A stretch of DNA of 64,000 nt. It comes from Candidatus Omnitrophota bacterium. GTDB taxonomy: Bacteria; Omnitrophota; Gorgyraeia; JABMRG01; JAFGKX01. A program made the translations under genes and the position numbers. This document shows positions 18,249 through 26,050 of the stretch, piece by piece (positions within the stretch are counted from its first letter, which is position 1; the number at the start of each line of letters is the position of its first letter). The notes under the pieces are model-generated. The model worked only from the letters and a program-made list of their open reading frames with translations, was not told the DNA's origin and did no database searches. The stretch is from positions 9,180 through 73,179 of the forward strand of contig JAZDPX010000013.1 in the NCBI GenBank assembly GCA_043797125.1, in the 5' to 3' direction.

Positions 18249-18976
18249 ATTCTCCTCTTTCTGCGCAAAGCGCCGAAACCTAAAGCTCCCAAGCCAAGCA
18301 AAATAACCGACGCCGGCTCGGGCGTTACAGTATAAGAACCGCTCATATAATCATTTGCGCATGTGGCAGCTGCCCAATAAACATTCATGGGCCCGAGCTC
18401 TTCCATAAATAAATTATACGGCACTGAAACATCTCTACGGTTAAAATCATAGCCATTGCTTAGTGTGCCTACCTTAGTAAAGGTAACAGTTCCGTCATAA
18501 AGTTCGCTATCATAATTTGCCGCTGTTACATTATTGTTAAACATACTGCCCGAATACCCGTAATATGATTTCCATTGATACGACGTGTTCCACTGGGTAG
18601 TGCCGGAGTAAAGATTGCCTTCACTAAATTGCGGATTACCCGAAGCTGTTGGTGTGCCATGATCAGTCATGGCTATGGCAAAATCTTTCGTACCTGTATT
18701 TCCCGGCACGGTAATTTTTATATCACCACAGAAAAGTTGCCCAATTCCGCTTTCCGGAAAACCGCTGTATAATTGAAACGTAAGCATTGAGCCATTTTGT
18801 GCGATATCTATTCCATATCCTTCATAACGTGGATCGCCAAGGCGCTCATATGTGCTGCTTGTGCTATAGCTCCAATAATCCTCGATGGTAAATTCAGCAG
18901 GCGGCGTAACTACGCAAAACGCAGTTTTGGCAGCCAGCAAAATCATCATACAAACCAGTACAATTATCATCTTCAT
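18245..18976 (-). CDS. PEP-CTERM sorting-domain secreted protein
   Basis: C-terminus TPEPASVILLGLGALGFGALRRKRRI. The signal peptide begins at the internal MKMIIVLV (ATG 18976); the 16-aa N-terminal extension in the track is a translated heptamer repeat. Confidence 0.8.
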   Translation of the reverse strand: MKMIIVLVCMMILLAAKTAFCVVTPPAEFTIEDYWSYSTSSTYERLGDPRYEGYGIDIAQNGSMLTFQLYSGFPESGIGQLFCGDIKITVPGNTGTKDFAIAMTDHGTPTASGNPQFSEGNLYSGTTQWNTSYQWKSYYGYSGSMFNNNVTAANYDSELYDGTVTFTKVGTLSNGYDFNRRDVSVPYNLFMEELGPMNVYWAAATCANDYMSGSYTVTPEPASVILLGLGALGFGALRRKRRI

Positions 18977-19024
18977 ATTCTTTTTCCCCTGCCCACAGCT
19001 CAAGGCCCACAGCCCACAGCTCAA

Positions 19025-19798
19025 TTATCTTGCTCCTCTTCCCGCCGCTACAACAAAAACTGTCCTGAACAATATCCTCACATCCGTCATCAGGCACATT
19101 CTTTTTATATATAAAAGGTCATACTTTATTTTCTTCCTTACGTCCTGTATGGTCTCATCGTATTTGTGCCATACTTGCGCAAGACCGGTTATGCCCGGCT
19201 TTACCGCGTATCTTTTTCTGTAATCAGAAATTTCCTTGCTAAGCGTTTTTACAAAAACAGGGCGTTCGGGCCTTGGGCCTACAATACTCATCTCGCCGCT
19301 TAAAACATTAAAAAGCTGCGGTATCTCATCGATATGCGCTTTTCTTATTATCTTGCCGAATTTAATAAGGCGGGGGTCATTCTCTCTTGCCCAGATGGGG
19401 CCTGTTTCTTTTTCAGCGTCAAGTTTCATCGTGCGGAATTTGTATATATCAAAAAGCTTGCCACTTCTGCCCATTCTCTCTTGTTTATAAAAAACCGGAC
19501 CCGGCGAAACAATTTTAATCAGCATTGCCGTTAAAAGCATAATAGGCGCTGTAACAACTAAGCCTACAGATGCTACTGTTACATCAAAGCATCTTTTAAA
19601 TTCCTCGAAGCGCTTTCTGGCAAACCTGATCACCCAGCCAATAATGCCTGTTGATATCAAAGCAAGACTGCTTGGTTCAGGAGCTATTACGCGTCCGGTG
19701 CCGTTTTGGGCATAAACAAGCTCTATCATGTAGAACGCGAATAGGCCTAAAAATAAAAACAGAATTGCTAAATTAAGGTGGGCTTTAATTCTTTTCAT
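19025..19798 (-). CDS. polyprenyl-phosphate sugar phosphotransferase (bacterial sugar transferase, EpsB/WbaP C-domain type) with PEP-CTERM-like N-terminal anchor
   Basis: Catalytic-domain motifs (SPGPVFYKQERMGRSGKLFDIYKFRTM, IVGPRPERP). The N-terminal 63 aa are a signal-like helix followed by APEPSSLALISTGIIGWVIRFARKR. Confidence 0.8.
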   Translation of the reverse strand: MKRIKAHLNLAILFLFLGLFAFYMIELVYAQNGTGRVIAPEPSSLALISTGIIGWVIRFARKRFEEFKRCFDVTVASVGLVVTAPIMLLTAMLIKIVSPGPVFYKQERMGRSGKLFDIYKFRTMKLDAEKETGPIWARENDPRLIKFGKIIRKAHIDEIPQLFNVLSGEMSIVGPRPERPVFVKTLSKEISDYRKRYAVKPGITGLAQVWHKYDETIQDVRKKIKYDLLYIKRMCLMTDVRILFRTVFVVAAGRGAR

Positions 19799-19943
19799 AA
19801 ACTGCGCGTAATGATTTCTGACTTAGATCTCTTTGCTTTCGCGAATAACGCCTTGCTAAAAGATATATGCCGAATCCGTCTTTCACGTCCTCCAAAACTT
19901 CTTTTATTTTTTCTATCATTTCTTTCATTTTATTTCTCTATTT

Positions 19944-19968
19944 GTCATCCCCGCGAAAGCGGGGATCC
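19944..19968. repeat. repeat A
   Basis: Exact copy inside the sigma-54 leader. Confidence 0.85.
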
Positions 19969-19996
19969 AAATTATATTACATTACACTTACTATAT

Positions 19997-20013
19997 AAGC
20001 ATATTCCGTGCCA
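19997..20013 (-). promoter_or_regulatory. sigma-54 (-24/-12) promoter upstream of sugar-transferase/PEP-CTERM operon
   Basis: The minus strand reads TGGCACGGAATATGCTT, with GG and GC at the canonical 12-nt spacing. Confidence 0.6.
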
Positions 20014-20207
20014 GAATGCCTTTTTTGGCATAAAAAATCACATGTACAAAGTTTTCTATCTTATTGCAAATAAAGGAGTTACAACCTAAGATTTTCTGAT
20101 AATATCCAACAAACTATGACAATATAGGACTGTCATTGATAGGTGATTGGATTAGATTAGACACTATTTGGAGTGGGTGTTCACTTGCGTGGACATGAGA
20201 ATATTTT

Positions 20208-20232
20208 GTCATTCCCGCGCAAGCGGGAATCC
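20208..20232. repeat. repeat A variant (GTCATTCCCGCGCAAGCGGGAATCC)
   Basis: Immediately upstream of the abiEi -35 element. Confidence 0.85.
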
Positions 20233-20236
20233 CCCC

Positions 20237-20265
20237 TTGACATTCTTTAAAACATCGTGTATACT
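20237..20265 (+). promoter_or_regulatory. sigma-70 promoter of abiEi-abiEii
   Basis: TTGACA, a 17-nt spacer, then TATACT. The inverted repeat AATCATttATGATT at 20279-20292 lies between the -10 and the RBS. Confidence 0.55.
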
Positions 20266-20307
20266 TGTTTCTGGAATTAATCATTTATGATTAAATGAGG
20301 AAATAAC

Positions 20308-20949
20308 ATGAACTATAACGAATTCAAAAAAGAAACACAAAATCAGCCGCTTGTTTTAAGCAGCGATCTTTTAGCTCTTAAAGAAAGCAAACAGGCCATC
20401 CGCAACCAGCTCGAACGCTGGCGCAAGAAAAAGCTGCTTATCAGGCTTAAGCGCGGCGTATTCCTGCTTAATCAAAGCGATAGGAAACTAAACATTTCCA
20501 GGGCTTATATTGCCAATCAGTTATATAGTCCGTCATACGTAAGCGTGGAATATGCCCTTAATTATTACGGCTTGATTCCTGAGCGAACAAATGATTTAAC
20601 CAGTGTCAGCGCCAAAAAAACTTTGCGTATTGTAAACGAAACGGGAAACTTCATCTACCAGCATATTAAGCCGCAGGCTTTCAGGGGATTTAAAGCGCAA
20701 AAAGACGACGCCGGGCTTGCCTTTTTTATTGCTGTGCCTGAAAAGGCAATTGTTGATTTTATTTATTTAAACCTTAACAAGTTTAAGGTTCAGGATAAAA
20801 GTATCTTTGAAGAATCCTATCGTTTTCAAAATTTAGAGGTTTTAAAAACGAAAATCATTATGGAATTCGCCAAGGGTTTTAATAGTGATAAATTATTGCG
20901 CGTGTGTAAACTTTTTTGTGAATTCGCGAAGAAAGAAGGTGCAAAATGA
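20308..20949 (+). CDS. AbiEi-family antitoxin/transcriptional regulator (type IV TA)
   Basis: N-terminal wHTH region and AbiEi-like layout. The gene is paired with the downstream nucleotidyltransferase by a 4-nt overlap. Confidence 0.6.
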   Translation: MNYNEFKKETQNQPLVLSSDLLALKESKQAIRNQLERWRKKKLLIRLKRGVFLLNQSDRKLNISRAYIANQLYSPSYVSVEYALNYYGLIPERTNDLTSVSAKKTLRIVNETGNFIYQHIKPQAFRGFKAQKDDAGLAFFIAVPEKAIVDFIYLNLNKFKVQDKSIFEESYRFQNLEVLKTKIIMEFAKGFNSDKLLRVCKLFCEFAKKEGAK

Positions 20950-21755
20950 TAGAAGTTCTTAAGCAATATATTGCCGCGGAAGCGTCGAGTGAAAAAAAGG
21001 CTAACCTACTAAGAGAGCTGCTTCAGCTTTTATTCCTGAAAATATTGCATGATAAGGGGTATTTTGCAAAAATTGCTTTTGTCGGCGGTACAGCGCTTAG
21101 AGTATTGTATGATACGAGGCGCTTTTCAGAAGATTTGGATTTTTCACTTATTGATAAAAAGGGCTATAGCTTCTTAGCGATGATTTCCGCGTTAGAGCGC
21201 GAATTGGGCTTAAATGGTTTGAAAATAAGCGCGAAAACAAAAATCGCAAAAACTGTCCAGTCCGGTATGCTTAAATTTCCCGGGCTTTTACAGCAACTGG
21301 GCTTATCTGCTGTTAAAGAACAGAATCTGTCCATTAAAATTGAGCTTGATTCCAACCCGCCTTCCGGATGGCAGCTTGAAAATACGCTTATTAATAAAAC
21401 GTATGTATGCAATATCACGCATTTTGCTCTGCCGTCTCTATACGCCACTAAGCTTCATGCTTGTTTTTTTAGAAAGTACATCAAGGGACGGGACTTTTAT
21501 GACCTGATTTGGTATCTGGGTAAAAAAATCAAGCCTAATTATAAATTGCTTAATAACGCCATAAAACAAACGCACGGGGAATCCCCTGAATTAGGCGAAA
21601 ACAATATAAAAGATTTTCTTCTTAAGAAATTAGAAAAGATTGATTTTTGCGCGGTTAAAAAAGATGTGGAAAGGTTCCTTGAGGATGAAAACGAACTAAA
21701 GCTTCTGGAATTATCGATTATCTCAAAAAGCGTCAGGGATGTTTTCTCGTTATAA
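20946..21755 (+). CDS. AbiEii/AbiGii-family nucleotidyltransferase toxin (DUF1814)
   Basis: Conserved AbiEii motifs FVGGTALRVLY...RFSEDLDFSL. Confidence 0.7.
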   Translation: MIEVLKQYIAAEASSEKKANLLRELLQLLFLKILHDKGYFAKIAFVGGTALRVLYDTRRFSEDLDFSLIDKKGYSFLAMISALERELGLNGLKISAKTKIAKTVQSGMLKFPGLLQQLGLSAVKEQNLSIKIELDSNPPSGWQLENTLINKTYVCNITHFALPSLYATKLHACFFRKYIKGRDFYDLIWYLGKKIKPNYKLLNNAIKQTHGESPELGENNIKDFLLKKLEKIDFCAVKKDVERFLEDENELKLLELSIISKSVRDVFSL

Positions 21756-21785
21756 GGGTTCGATTTATCGAACCCTTTATTTGGG
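21756..21785 (+). terminator. rho-independent terminator after abiEii
   Basis: GGGTTCGAT-tt-ATCGAACCC stem followed by TTTATTT. A second hairpin, GGGCGCCATaaATGGCGCCC, lies at 21783-21802. Confidence 0.6.
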
Positions 21786-21812
21786 CGCCATAAATGGCGC
21801 CCCTACTTCATA

Positions 21813-21838
21813 GTAGCGGAGCCTTAAGGCTCCGCTAC
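21813..21838. repeat. repeat B: 26-nt perfect palindrome GTAGCGGAGCCTTAAGGCTCCGCTAC
   Basis: Exact copy located after the abiEii terminator. Confidence 0.9.
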
Positions 21839-21850
21839 TTTAATTTTCCT

Positions 21851-21924
21851 GTCATCCCCGCGCAAGCGGGGATCCATTCTTGTCATCCCCGCACCCTCTG
21901 TCATGCCCGCGAAAGCGGGAATCC
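21851..21924. repeat. repeat A tandem cluster (two full copies and one half copy)
   Basis: Copies at 21851-21875, 21882-21892 and 21900-21924. They contain the EpsI stop codon. Confidence 0.85.
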
Positions 21925-22542
21925 ATACTCCAGTTCTTCCACCACTCTCTTCATAAAATCCTTCAGCTCCACCAGCGTCGCTTCTTCGTTACTGCCCAGC
22001 GGCGCTGAAATCCTCACCGTCGCTCCACCGGCACGCCTGCCGAGCAGCTGATTAATCGCAAACAACGCCTGCTGCAGATAATAATTCTCCGTATAAAAAT
22101 TCCCAACCTTATAACAATAAAGCACTAACTCTTTTCCTGTATCATCCCCAATGTAAAGTTTATTGGTAAGGAATTTATATTTATCAAAACTCATCTCTTC
22201 GCTTTTTTTATCCAGTATCTTTAAGCCACTTCCTATCATGCACACTTCTGGCGGGTGAAACACCGAGCGGTTTGTCTCCGAATATATTATAAAGGCCCAT
22301 ATCTTTTCATTGGAAGGATTAATATATTCACGGAAGATTAAATTTCTCGTCTCTAAAATCTCGTAATCTCTTTCTTCTATCTTTATATCTTTCCCTTCCC
22401 ACTCGCCTAGTTTATATGGAAAGGTATGTATATCGAGTATGTCATGTGAGCTCTTCTGCTTGAAAAATAGATTAATAGAGAAAAAGCTGGCGACTACTAG
22501 CATGGTAATTATAATAATATAGCCGATTTTAGTTTTATTCAT
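21901..22542 (-). CDS. EpsI-family exosortase-associated protein
   Basis: Signal or anchor peptide (MNKTKIGYIIIITMLVVASFF) followed by a periplasmic domain, directly downstream of exosortase. ATG at 22542. The last 7 aa and the stop codon lie inside a repeat-A copy. Confidence 0.6.
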   Translation of the reverse strand: MNKTKIGYIIIITMLVVASFFSINLFFKQKSSHDILDIHTFPYKLGEWEGKDIKIEERDYEILETRNLIFREYINPSNEKIWAFIIYSETNRSVFHPPEVCMIGSGLKILDKKSEEMSFDKYKFLTNKLYIGDDTGKELVLYCYKVGNFYTENYYLQQALFAINQLLGRRAGGATVRISAPLGSNEEATLVELKDFMKRVVEELEYGFPLSRA

Positions 22543-23374
22543 GTTTATTCTCAAGCCCCTTCCCCACCCAAAACAACAACCCAAACGCCACCACGAATAC
22601 CATAAATCCCGCAAACCCATGAAAAAACCCGTTCGCCGCTTTTTCTCCATATAAATCATTTACTATGGAAACTGATGTTATTCGCAGGACATTAGAAAAT
22701 ATAGCTATTGGCACCGACGATAAAAGCAGCGTTGTCTTTTTAATATACGACGCCTTCATTGTAAAAGCAAAAACCAGGCCCAGCGTAAGCAAAGAAATCA
22801 AAGACCGCAAGCCACTGCAGGGATCTGCCACGAGAATAAAAGAATTTGGCATTCTTATGTAGCCGCCGTCTTTAATGGCCTGGAATCCAATCCTGTTAAG
22901 CAAAAACACCGAGCCATCCATAGCCAAAAGCTTAAGCCGCACAACCAAGTTTCCAATTAATACAAGTGGAAGCGGTATCATCGCCAATAAGAAAAATACA
23001 GGAAATATAAGGCATTTCGCTATTTCCTTTCCAAAGAAAAACAAAACCAACCCATACAGCGCGAATACAAATGAAAATCCCGATATAAAATAGACCTTAA
23101 GCGCCGCGCAGATAATATGTATCAACAAACTTGCGGCAATAATTATTACTCCCGACATCGAGCTTGACATTTTTGCTTTCTTAAGCAGCTCTTTCCTGCT
23201 CCACACAAAATACAGCGCCACTACCGGTATAAGCATCCCATGCCCGTAGTAGGACTCTTTGGCAAACCATCTGTCAATCATCCAATCCAGCATTGGAATA
23301 TAGGCGATTAGCAGCAATATCGCGCTTGAGGCAAATTGAATTATACGTTTAGTATTATCTTTCATTTTTGTCAC
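22535..23374 (-). CDS. exosortase (EpsH/XrtA family)
   Basis: Eight-TM protein with the catalytic motif LVADPCSGLRSL and conserved Arg (NVLRITS) and His (FHGFAG). Confidence 0.85.
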   Translation of the reverse strand: MTKMKDNTKRIIQFASSAILLLIAYIPMLDWMIDRWFAKESYYGHGMLIPVVALYFVWSRKELLKKAKMSSSMSGVIIIAASLLIHIICAALKVYFISGFSFVFALYGLVLFFFGKEIAKCLIFPVFFLLAMIPLPLVLIGNLVVRLKLLAMDGSVFLLNRIGFQAIKDGGYIRMPNSFILVADPCSGLRSLISLLTLGLVFAFTMKASYIKKTTLLLSSVPIAIFSNVLRITSVSIVNDLYGEKAANGFFHGFAGFMVFVVAFGLLFWVGKGLENKHE

Positions 23375-23868
23375 TCTGCCAATATTTCTTCTATTTTAAG
23401 TACAAAATCTTTCGCGTCTTCTATAATCCATTCAGCATCATCATTTGTAAGGATTTCGACGCCATACTGTTCTATAACCCTTTCCCCTTGCGCTTTATCA
23501 AGCGTTTCCGCGTATTTCTTCTCAAGCTGCTTTGCCTTTTTTATATAGTTGATATACTCTACTGCTACCTTTCCCCGCTCAACGTAGAATTTCTTAAAAG
23601 CAGCTATGGCGCAATAATGAGCTGTGGCACGAATGCCTATCTTATATAAAGCAGCTAAAACCGAATGATACATCGCATAATATCCGCAGATAACAGCCCA
23701 GTCAAATAAACCATTATCGAACATTATTTTCATAGCGCGCAAATTTTTATGCGCTTTATCGATATGCTGCCCTGCCCTTTCTGTGCTTACAGGCACCCTA
23801 TGAAGATTTGGCTTTCCCTCCCTGGGCTTAAAACATCCGCGTAAAGTCTTTTCTGTATCTTTAGGCAT
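23371..23868 (-). CDS. HEPN-domain protein (toxin of HEPN/MNT pair)
   Basis: Helical protein of 165 aa, overlapped 8 nt by the upstream nucleotidyltransferase gene. Confidence 0.55.
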   Translation of the reverse strand: MPKDTEKTLRGCFKPREGKPNLHRVPVSTERAGQHIDKAHKNLRAMKIMFDNGLFDWAVICGYYAMYHSVLAALYKIGIRATAHYCAIAAFKKFYVERGKVAVEYINYIKKAKQLEKKYAETLDKAQGERVIEQYGVEILTNDDAEWIIEDAKDFVLKIEEILAE

Positions 23869-24496
23869 ATGCCTTGCCTCCCTCTTTAATCAGTTGCCAA
23901 AATAAGAATTCATTATACAAAACAATCCTATCTTTCCACAAATCGGCGTAAAATTCGGTTTTTTTGCGGAAGCCCTCTGTAAATTTTTCAGTCGTAGTGC
24001 TTATCGGCCTTATTTCTAATAACGGGCCTACATCTGTTTTCGCCTCGTTCAACGCCGCTGTTATATCCTTCTCTTTGCCGGATACAACCGCCAGAATATC
24101 TATGTCGCTATCCTTAGACCACTCACCCCTTGCCACAGAACCAAAAAGAATTACCAGCTGGATTTTTTTGTTTGATAGTTTTATTATATCCTGAGCGTAT
24201 TTTTGCAATAACCGCGCTATTTTTTTATTGGAATCATAGAATTTCTTCTTTTTTTCTAGCTCTAAGTATTCAAATATCTTCAGAAGAGCCTCATTTTCAA
24301 GGTTAGGTTTAAAAAATACCATATTTGATACTTCCCGCCTTTGGAACATATCGTCTTTTACAAATAAACGCAAGGAGTTGTCTACGTTATTTAACGAGAC
24401 TTTCGATAGGCGGGCAATTTCCCTAAGATGTATCTCTTTAAACGGATTTTTTAGAAAAACCTCCAACACTTTCTTTCTCATGATTGGTATCAACAT
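23861..24496 (-). CDS. minimal nucleotidyltransferase (MNT) with N-terminal HTH (antitoxin of HEPN/MNT pair)
   Basis: GSVARGEWSKDSDIDIL nucleotidyltransferase motif together with an N-terminal HTH. Confidence 0.7.
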   Translation of the reverse strand: MLIPIMRKKVLEVFLKNPFKEIHLREIARLSKVSLNNVDNSLRLFVKDDMFQRREVSNMVFFKPNLENEALLKIFEYLELEKKKKFYDSNKKIARLLQKYAQDIIKLSNKKIQLVILFGSVARGEWSKDSDIDILAVVSGKEKDITAALNEAKTDVGPLLEIRPISTTTEKFTEGFRKKTEFYADLWKDRIVLYNEFLFWQLIKEGGKAYA

Positions 24497-24568
24497 AATT
24501 GCTCCTGTTCTATTATATGGTGCAACTGTACTATATTATAGGACAATAACCTTTGTTTTGTCAATCAT

Positions 24569-24594
24569 ATAGTTTCGACTGTATTCGAAACTAT
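24569..24594 (-). promoter_or_regulatory. palindromic operator upstream of MNT/HEPN operon
   Basis: ATAGTTTCGA-ctgtat-TCGAAACTAT has perfect 10-bp arms. A third AGTTTCGA copy sits at 24603-24611. Confidence 0.45.
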
Positions 24595-24733
24595 TTGGCT
24601 AAAGTTTCGATTTTGCTTGTAATAGGCAACTTCAGCTAAAATTGTATTTTTTGAGCTCACTTATATACCCCCATATGGTATCTAAATAGAATTAAAACAT
24701 ACAATTTACCCTTTGCCAAGCAGAAATATTCCT

Positions 24734-24777
24734 GTCATCCCCGCGCCTCACTGTCATGCCCGCGCAGGCGGGCATCC
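24734..24777. repeat. repeat A half copy plus variant copy
   Basis: They encode the C-terminus and stop of the GT4 gene. Confidence 0.8.
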
Positions 24778-25949
24778 ATAAATATCCCCTCCAACTTCGC
24801 CACCGAGCTTTCCCAGGAATAATTATTCTCTATAAATCTTCTTGCGTTTCTAGACACGCTATTTCTTAATTCAGCATTATTCAAAAGCTCGATAACACGT
24901 GCGGCAAAATCATCGGGCTTGTCTTCAACAAATATTTCCCTGCCTCTCTCAACCTGCAAGCTGTCGTAACCAATGCTCATAGTAACAACCGGCAAACCCA
25001 TAGCCATTGCCTCCAATATCTTATTCTGCTGTCCTGAACCAACCCTTAGGGGGCAAACAAACACTGAAGACTTATCAAGCAGAGGCCTTGTATCCTCCGC
25101 GTTGCTAATAACCTCAACACAAGCGTCATTTTTAACCCTATCAAGCTTTTTATTCCAATCAGCGCCTATAATGGTGAATGTAATGTCTGGTATGCTCTTT
25201 TTAATAATCGGCAAAATATTATCATAAAAATTTAAAATAGCGTCTATGTTATAAAATGTGCCGAGATATCCCAAGAATGACACATTCTTCCGCTTGCTGC
25301 TATTCGCGGTTACCGGTTTAAAATATTCATAATCAACGCCGTTATTTACTATGTTAACATCAGCGTTAACTCCGTTTTTGCCGAAAATATATTCTTTATC
25401 CGTGTTTGATATTAAAAGCACTCTATCAAAATCTTTCGCCGCTATTTTTTCGTATCTTTTAATCTTAAGCCATTCAAACAAATACACCGGCCAAAGAATG
25501 CTTCTGTTAAATTTTATCGTCCTTTTAAGATGCAAGGAAACAGCGTCACACAAATCAAGCGCCTTTGTCGCGCCATTTATATATTTCGCGTAATGCGCCA
25601 TTCTGAATAAATGCGCGTATACAGCGTCAAATTTGTTGTTTGCGTTAAGCTCCTGCAGCTTCTTTCGCATTTCGCCTGAATAATAATACGCCACCTGCAA
25701 GGGAGCAGGCGAAAAAACATTGATAAGGCAGTTTAAATATGACTGCCATTTCTTTAATAATACAACCTCGACGCTACTGCAATATTTCTTAAGCTCATCT
25801 ACAAGGCCGAGCTGATCTTCCGCTTCTATGAAAGATAGAAGCGTCACAGAGTGCTTTTTAGATAGGCCTTTTATAAGATTAAACACTCTTAGCTTATCCC
25901 CCCTGTTCGGCGGATACGGTAATCTTGATGTTAAAAATAGTATTTTCAT
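24735..25949 (-). CDS. GT4 glycosyltransferase, PEP-CTERM/EpsH1-system-associated type
   Basis: N-terminal RLPYPPNRGDKLRVFNLIKGLSKKHSVTLLSF and a GT4 C-terminal domain. Start MKILF at 25949 is preferred. The C-terminal MDARLRGHDSEARG and the stop codon are encoded by repeat-A copies. Confidence 0.75.
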   Translation of the reverse strand: MKILFLTSRLPYPPNRGDKLRVFNLIKGLSKKHSVTLLSFIEAEDQLGLVDELKKYCSSVEVVLLKKWQSYLNCLINVFSPAPLQVAYYYSGEMRKKLQELNANNKFDAVYAHLFRMAHYAKYINGATKALDLCDAVSLHLKRTIKFNRSILWPVYLFEWLKIKRYEKIAAKDFDRVLLISNTDKEYIFGKNGVNADVNIVNNGVDYEYFKPVTANSSKRKNVSFLGYLGTFYNIDAILNFYDNILPIIKKSIPDITFTIIGADWNKKLDRVKNDACVEVISNAEDTRPLLDKSSVFVCPLRVGSGQQNKILEAMAMGLPVVTMSIGYDSLQVERGREIFVEDKPDDFAARVIELLNNAELRNSVSRNARRFIENNYSWESSVAKLEGIFMDARLRGHDSEARG

Positions 25950-25955
25950 ATTCTT

Positions 25956-26050
25956 GTCATCCCAACGCAAGCCAGCGGCCTTGCTGCTTCAAAGTAGCGG
26001 AGCCTTAAGGCTCCGCTACTTTGTTGTCATTCCCGCGCAAGCGGGAATCC
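25956..26050. repeat. composite: degenerate repeat A, repeat B, repeat A
   Basis: 25956-25980, 25994-26019 and 26026-26050. Confidence 0.8.
25994..26019. repeat. repeat B palindrome
   Basis: Exact copy, flanked by repeat-A copies. Confidence 0.9.

Noticed and set aside
18977-19024. N-terminal extension MSCGLWALSCGQGKKN of the third PEP-CTERM protein
   Set aside because: It is a translated copy of the CCCACAG heptamer repeat. The signal peptide and an SD-like GGGGA precede the internal ATG at 18976.
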